From Candidatus Nanohalobium sp. (GTDB taxonomy: Archaea > Nanohalarchaeota > Nanosalinia > Nanosalinales > Nanosalinaceae), in contig JBDGSL010000013.1 in the NCBI GenBank assembly GCA_042217555.1, positions 1 to 20,733 on the forward strand: a stretch of 20,733 nucleotides of DNA, read 5' to 3'. Made by a program: the position numbers and the translations under genes. The notes beneath the pieces were generated by a model. It was not told the origin of the DNA. It made no database searches and saw nothing but the letters and a program-made list of their open reading frames with translations. Below, piece by piece: positions 16,056 to 20,733 of the stretch. The stretch's first letter is position 1, and the number at the start of each line of letters is the position of its first letter.

Positions 16056-17378
16056 ACGCCAATTATATAGAATTTCGCCTTTTTCCTTCATCTCACTAGG
16101 AAGATTGTCTATATCCATAGAATTTTCTTCTGTCAAAGCATTCTGCGGCCACAGAAACTTCCCGTCCGAAGCTAAATCATATTTATAGTCTTCATTGAGT
16201 AAAGTGAATGATTTTCTTCTAAATAACTTTTCATACTCCTCAGGAATTTCTAAATCCATCTGTTCATTGAACCCTGCTTTCCCGAAATATTCAGATTTAA
16301 CTAAATCGCTAGATTCCAGAGTTGGGTGCTCACCGGATGCTATCCTTCTTAGGAAATTATGTAAGTCTATGTGGTCATGGATCCCATCTTCAACCTCAAT
16401 ATCTACATCTTTATTCGAGTATATGTAAAGGGGGACATGAATTAACTCTTTGAAGGTCCCAAAATGATGGTCAATCAATTTCACGCCCTGCTTCTCGTAT
16501 TCGCCAATTAATTCCCCATGGTCTCCAACAACTACAAAAAGAGTATCTTCGGGAGCCTGAAGGTAAAAATCTTCAAGTAGCGAATCTAGGTACCTAATTG
16601 AGGCGTTATATGCTTTCTCCCTATCTAAAAATAAATTTTCACTCGTAACGTCACTGTCTACATACTCAGTTAAATTGTCAAAATCCATAATTTTTTCGAC
16701 ATAACCATCATCTAATTCAGGCAAGAAAATCTGTCTCTGTTCTTCTTCGAAAGTATATTTTGAATGAACCGGCATCAAATTAACGAAGAGAAATACATTT
16801 TCACTTCTATTCAAAAAATTCAAAGATTTCTGGATGGTCAGTCGGGACTTTGTGGCGTTATACTTCTCTTCTAGCCTAGGATCTATATAGTCCTTTAGAG
16901 CCTTTAGAGAAATTAAATCTCTATTTCTAGTTAGCAACTTAACAAAATCTGAGTATTTATCAAATGTGTCTTCGTAAACTCCATCTTTTTCCCAAATTTT
17001 ATTCCAGGACTTTGCTCCGTGACTCCATTTAAGAGATCCTCCAAATTTATCAAATTCTTCCCCAAACCCTAATTCTGGATCAACCAAACCGTTCTCTGAA
17101 ATTCCCACGGTAACATAATCGTTCTCCTTAAAACACCCTACCAACTCATTAGAACTACTAAAATAAGTGTTTTCTGTCGTAGCGCCGTGCTCTGACGGAA
17201 GTTGTCCTGAAAAAAGAGTAGCATGTGCAGGAACCGTCCAAGGGGAGTTAGAATAGTATCCTTCTATTGAATTCCTCTCGCTCAGAAACATCGTTGTATC
17301 TTTATCATAACCGTAAGAAGGAAGATTCTTAGCCCTCAATGTATCGGCTACAACCAATACGATGTTCTCAAAACTCAT
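16044..17378 (-). CDS. Sulfatase-like hydrolase/transferase (AlkP superfamily)
   Basis: ATG 17378 is coupled to the rmlA TGA. NIVLVVADTLRA, NSPWTVPAHATLFSG, NLMPVHSKY, VGDHGELIGE, LIHVPL. Confidence 0.88.
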   Translation of the reverse strand: MSFENIVLVVADTLRAKNLPSYGYDKDTTMFLSERNSIEGYYSNSPWTVPAHATLFSGQLPSEHGATTENTYFSSSNELVGCFKENDYVTVGISENGLVDPELGFGEEFDKFGGSLKWSHGAKSWNKIWEKDGVYEDTFDKYSDFVKLLTRNRDLISLKALKDYIDPRLEEKYNATKSRLTIQKSLNFLNRSENVFLFVNLMPVHSKYTFEEEQRQIFLPELDDGYVEKIMDFDNLTEYVDSDVTSENLFLDREKAYNASIRYLDSLLEDFYLQAPEDTLFVVVGDHGELIGEYEKQGVKLIDHHFGTFKELIHVPLYIYSNKDVDIEVEDGIHDHIDLHNFLRRIASGEHPTLESSDLVKSEYFGKAGFNEQMDLEIPEEYEKLFRRKSFTLLNEDYKYDLASDGKFLWPQNALTEENSMDIDNLPSEMKEKGEILYNWRLEK

Positions 17379-18148
17379 CAATTCTTCCTCTCCATAAACT
17401 TACTAGCCTTCATAAGGGCGTCAGGTTTTCCTGCATCCGTCCAAAACTGGTCAAGTGTTTCATAGGTTAGCTCCCCTTGATCCAGATACCAGTTTAGTAT
17501 GTCTGTAACCTCATATTCCCCCCGGTCACTTGGCTCCATCTCATTTTTAATGAAATCAAATAGGCTGTTTTGATCGTCATTATAGAATCCGTAACACCCT
17601 GTAATAGCATAAGGAGAGTGAGGACTATTCGGTTTCTCCTCTATATCTACGATCTTGTCGCCGTCAATTTTTGGATTGCCGAATCTTTCCGGATCATCCA
17701 CATTTTTGAGAAAAATCTGTGATCTATAATCACTTTCTTCGAAGGATTTAATCTGCTTTGTAAGGCCCTCACCATAAATATTGTCCCCAAGAATTACGAT
17801 AAATTTTTCATCTTCTTCAATAAAGTCTTCAGCAAGTCCTATCGCGTGAGCAATCCCTTTAGGTTCTTTTTGTAATTTATATGTGATGTCGCCATCGAAT
17901 TCGAAGTCTAGCTGTTTTCCTTTTCTCTTTGTGGGTATTTCGGAGCCATCCCCTAGCAATTCCAGAAAATCCCCTGCATGGCCTTCTCCAGAAATAATCA
18001 ATACATCATCTATCCCGGCTTTCCCAAGCAAGTCTAGAGGATAATATATCATGGGTCTATCATAGACTGGTAACAGATGTTTATTTGTCACTTTTGTCGA
18101 AGGCATGAGCCTAGATCCTGTTCCACCTGCTAGAATTACTCCTTTCAC
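17378..18148 (-). CDS. rmlA: Glucose-1-phosphate thymidylyltransferase (short form)
   Basis: Likely GTG start at 18148. KGVILAGGTGSRL, TNKHLLPVYDRPMIYYPL, LLGDGS, LGDNI, PERFG, IEEKP, PSDRGEYEVTD, WTDAG. Confidence 0.9.
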   Translation of the reverse strand: MKGVILAGGTGSRLMPSTKVTNKHLLPVYDRPMIYYPLDLLGKAGIDDVLIISGEGHAGDFLELLGDGSEIPTKRKGKQLDFEFDGDITYKLQKEPKGIAHAIGLAEDFIEEDEKFIVILGDNIYGEGLTKQIKSFEESDYRSQIFLKNVDDPERFGNPKIDGDKIVDIEEKPNSPHSPYAITGCYGFYNDDQNSLFDFIKNEMEPSDRGEYEVTDILNWYLDQGELTYETLDQFWTDAGKPDALMKASKFMERKN

Positions 18149-18185
18149 AAATATATTTGACCTATCATAACTAATAAGTCTTATA

Positions 18186-19460
18186 CTACCCCAGATACTC
18201 TTCTTCAATCACTCTTACTTCAGGGATCGGTACTATAAATTTTCCACCATTTCTAAGGAACTCTTCTTCCTTCCTTATAATTTCTTCTGCATAGTTCCAA
18301 GCTAGCAGAAGTGCATAGTCTGGGCGGTCCTCCCTAAACTCCTCAGGAGATTTCACTGGTATTCGTGTTCCTGGAGTGTACTTCCCCTGCTTAATAGGGA
18401 TGTTATCTGATATGTAGCTAATCTCATCATTACCTATATCACAGAAATTCAGCAGAGTATTTCCCTTAGCTGCTGCCCCGTAGCCTACTACTTTCTCACC
18501 TTGAGAATTAAGTTCCTGTATTAGCTCATTGAGATCTCTCTTTATCTCTTTGACATCTCTTGCAAATTCCCTATACTTCTCTATACTATCAAATCCTTGC
18601 TTTCTCTCGAATGATAAGAGTTCCTGAACCCGGTCAGACGGCTCTTCATCCTCTGCACTTACCGTAACCCTAATACTTCCTCCATGTATTGATATTCTTT
18701 CAGCATCAGTAATTTTGAGCCCGAAAGACTCAAAAAATGGCTTCAAAGGAGTCAAAGAATGATAATAGTGGTGCTCATGGTAAATTGTATCGAATTCTTT
18801 ATTTTTTACTAGATCGGGAAGATACGCATTCTCAAAAACAAATTTGCCTCCACCTTCTAAAAGGACTTTAACCCCCTCAACAAATTCATCTAAATCAGGC
18901 ACGTGAGCAAAAACATTTGTTGCCATCACAACGTCAGGATATCCTTCCTCATCGACTACTTTTCGAGCTGTTTCTCTATCAAAGTATTCATTTAAGGTCC
19001 TTACATCCTTCTCCTCAGCTTTCAAAGCAATATTACTGGCAGGCTCAATGCCAAGGACATCTGAACCTCTATCCTGGAAAAATTCCAATAGAGAGCCATC
19101 ATTACTACCTATATCAACCACAAATGAGTTCTCCTGATCTTCTATTATTTTTTCACAAACTTTATCAGTCAAATCTTCCAGATGAGATAGCATAGTTTCT
19201 GAATTAGACGTAAGGTAAACATAGTCGTCGAAAAGTTCTTCCGAAGAAATTCTAGGCAGTACACCAACATGATTACAGCTCTTACAGAAGTAAACATCTA
19301 GTGGATAGAAATCCTCAGAGCTATAAACTTCTTCTCTTTCTAGAAATTCATTTGCAGGAGGCATAGGGCCTAGAGAAAGAAAAACCTCTAATTCATCACT
19401 CTCACAGAGTTTGCAGGAAAAAGTGTCATTAACTAAAGCTTGTAAATCTTCATTAAACAT
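18186..19460 (-). CDS. SAM-dependent NDP-hexose C-methyltransferase (TylCIII/NovU-type, Zn-binding N-terminus)
   Basis: CKLC...CKSC, LGPMPPANEFL, DIGSNDGSLL, GIEPA, NVFAHVPD, FDTIYHEH, IHGGSIR, GYGAAAKGNTLLN, KQGKYTPG, LLAWNY. Start at ATG 19460 preferred. Confidence 0.92.
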   Translation of the reverse strand: MFNEDLQALVNDTFSCKLCESDELEVFLSLGPMPPANEFLEREEVYSSEDFYPLDVYFCKSCNHVGVLPRISSEELFDDYVYLTSNSETMLSHLEDLTDKVCEKIIEDQENSFVVDIGSNDGSLLEFFQDRGSDVLGIEPASNIALKAEEKDVRTLNEYFDRETARKVVDEEGYPDVVMATNVFAHVPDLDEFVEGVKVLLEGGGKFVFENAYLPDLVKNKEFDTIYHEHHYYHSLTPLKPFFESFGLKITDAERISIHGGSIRVTVSAEDEEPSDRVQELLSFERKQGFDSIEKYREFARDVKEIKRDLNELIQELNSQGEKVVGYGAAAKGNTLLNFCDIGNDEISYISDNIPIKQGKYTPGTRIPVKSPEEFREDRPDYALLLAWNYAEEIIRKEEEFLRNGGKFIVPIPEVRVIEEEYLG

Positions 19461-19464
19461 ATTA

Positions 19465-20304
19465 TCAATCCTCACCACTATTCACTTCAAAGTTTTGAAA
19501 GGCCTCCGAAAGAGTCAATAAAGGCGTTTCAAAAGCCCTGCCAGATTTCTGAAGCGACAACGAAGAGTTTTTTGGTCTTTCAGCGATCCAGTCGAGATTC
19601 TTCATTTTTTCTCTCTTAATATCCCCATCAACATCCAATTCTTGTTTCATAATCTGTACTGCTTCATACCTACTGACCTTAGAAGCTCCAGCAACATTAA
19701 AAGTACCAAATATATTTTTTTCGGACGCCTCCTTGATAAACTCAGCTAAATTAGACGCATAAGTAGGATTAACTATCTGATCGTCAATCACTTCTAGCTC
19801 CCCCTCATTTTTAAGTTTAGTTCTAGCCCATTCAAAGAAATTACTGAAATTCTCCTTGAAAACCACAGAGGTTCTCATAATCGTATGTTTTTCTAATTCA
19901 GAGACTCTCTTTTCGGCTTTGACCTTTGTTTCGGCATAAATATTTGAGGGATTTAGTTCATCCATCTCAGTATAGTCTCCTTTATTCCCTCCGAACACGT
20001 TATCGGTTGAGATAAAAATAAGGTGAGCGTCTACATTCTTCGCAGCCTCTACTATGTTCTCGGTTCCTTTTACATTTACTCTCCTTGCTTCTTTTGGATT
20101 ATTTTCCACATAATCCAAATCGGTTATAGCTGCACAGTGTACTATTACGTCAGGACCCTCTTCCTCAATTTTAGCGATAACTTCCTGATCTGAAATATCT
20201 TGCTCAATATCCGAGTTATAACGATCCAGGCCTACAGCCTCATCTACTTTTTCTTTCACTGAGCTTCCTACCTGGCCTTTTGAACCTGTGATGAGGTACT
20301 TCAT
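19465..20304 (-). CDS. rmlD: dTDP-4-dehydrorhamnose reductase
   Basis: ITGSKGQVG, VHCAAITDLD..E, ISTDNVFGG, P.NIYAETK, DQIVNPT, AERPKNSSL. Confidence 0.88.
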   Translation of the reverse strand: MKYLITGSKGQVGSSVKEKVDEAVGLDRYNSDIEQDISDQEVIAKIEEEGPDVIVHCAAITDLDYVENNPKEARRVNVKGTENIVEAAKNVDAHLIFISTDNVFGGNKGDYTEMDELNPSNIYAETKVKAEKRVSELEKHTIMRTSVVFKENFSNFFEWARTKLKNEGELEVIDDQIVNPTYASNLAEFIKEASEKNIFGTFNVAGASKVSRYEAVQIMKQELDVDGDIKREKMKNLDWIAERPKNSSLSLQKSGRAFETPLLTLSEAFQNFEVNSGED

Positions 20305-20344
20305 ATGAAACTAATTTAACTCTGTCAAGTTAAAAATCAGTTGT
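20305..20344. promoter_or_regulatory. Symmetric bidirectional promoter, TTTAACT-N6-AGTTAAA
   Basis: Inverted 7-mers at 20315-20321 and 20328-20334, each with 23 intervening nt to the ATG it faces (20345 and 20304). Confidence 0.65.
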
Positions 20345-20733
20345 ATGAATGGCAAAAATATCTTGATTACAGGCGGCGCAGGGTTTATAGGCTCCAATTT
20401 TATAGAGTTCCTCTCAGAAAAATATGAAAACATCGATATCACTGTAGTGGACAAACTCACTTATGCCGCCGATAAGTCGCGTCTAAATCCTTATTTAGAT
20501 GAAATAACTTTTGTAGAGGCAGATATCTCTGATGCAGAGAGAATGGAGAAAGTTTTCTCAAAAGAGAGTCCTGATTTTGTAGTCAATTTCGCAGCTGAAT
20601 CACATGTAGATAGAAGTATAGAGTCAGGCAAGCCATTCATGAGATCAAATGTTGAGGGCGCCTACACACTTATGGATGTTGCAAAAGAGCATGAGTTAGA
20701 GAAGTTCATTCAGATATCCACAGATGAAGTATA
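20345..20733 (+). CDS. rmlB: dTDP-glucose 4,6-dehydratase, 5' part (runs off the window)
   Basis: Not in the ORF track. Manual translation: MNGKNILITGGAGFIGSNF...VVDKLTYAA...VNFAAESHVDRSI...FIQISTDEV. Confidence 0.95.
   Translation, partial: MNGKNILITGGAGFIGSNFIEFLSEKYENIDITVVDKLTYAADKSRLNPYLDEITFVEADISDAERMEKVFSKESPDFVVNFAAESHVDRSIESGKPFMRSNVEGAYTLMDVAKEHELEKFIQISTDEV

Larger units (their letters stand above)
15400..20733. other. Low-GC block (likely horizontally acquired rml/C-methyl-sugar cassette)
   Basis: Hand counts of 60-nt lines: 19/60 GC at 16681 and 23/60 at 15601, versus 35/60 at 8581 and 32/60 at 14761. Boundary approximate. Confidence 0.75.

Noticed and set aside
1118..17378. 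Annotation as classical arylsulfatases
   Set aside because: No (C/S)xPxR motif in any complete copy, and no maturation enzyme in the window.
2348..18188. Genome-wide TAG recoding
   Set aside because: Eight genes end in TAG at sensible C-termini (e.g. LGYR*, DVDI*, GLDI*), and read-through at 2350 gives a non-acidic junk extension.
1..20733. CRISPR array, tRNA/rRNA, IS element, defence system
   Set aside because: Almost fully coding with spacers of about 100 bp or less; no periodic repeats, transposase or nuclease motifs seen.

Overview
Compact archaeal surface-glycan (agl/rml-like) biosynthesis locus from a halophile. The proteins are Glu/Asp-rich, spacers are 0-100 bp, TATA boxes sit ~22-25 nt upstream of apparently leaderless starts, and AGA/AGG and ATA codons are common. 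This resembles Nanohaloarchaeota or a similar lineage more than classical Halobacteria (inference). Nucleotide-sugar genes: a GT2 glycosyltransferase, a sugar-1-P nucleotidyltransferase, UDP-Glc dehydrogenase, UDP-GlcA decarboxylase, a WbiB-like 4-epimerase, a flippase, and a low-GC block (from ~15400) with rmlC, rmlA, an NDP-sugar C-methyltransferase, rmlD and rmlB (partial). Main oddities: (1) seven soluble alkaline-phosphatase-superfamily 'sulfatase-like' genes; none of the six complete ones has the formylglycine CxPxR motif, and five share one of two C-terminal tails; (2) a coupled pair of a divergent IMPase/FBPase-fold gene interrupted by one in-frame TAG and a NUDT22-like Nudix hydrolase; (3) an exact 26-bp direct repeat whose recombination would delete the UDP-xylose synthase gene in frame; (4) very small bidirectional promoters. 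No RNA genes, CRISPR arrays or IS elements were seen. All family calls come from motif recognition, not database searches.
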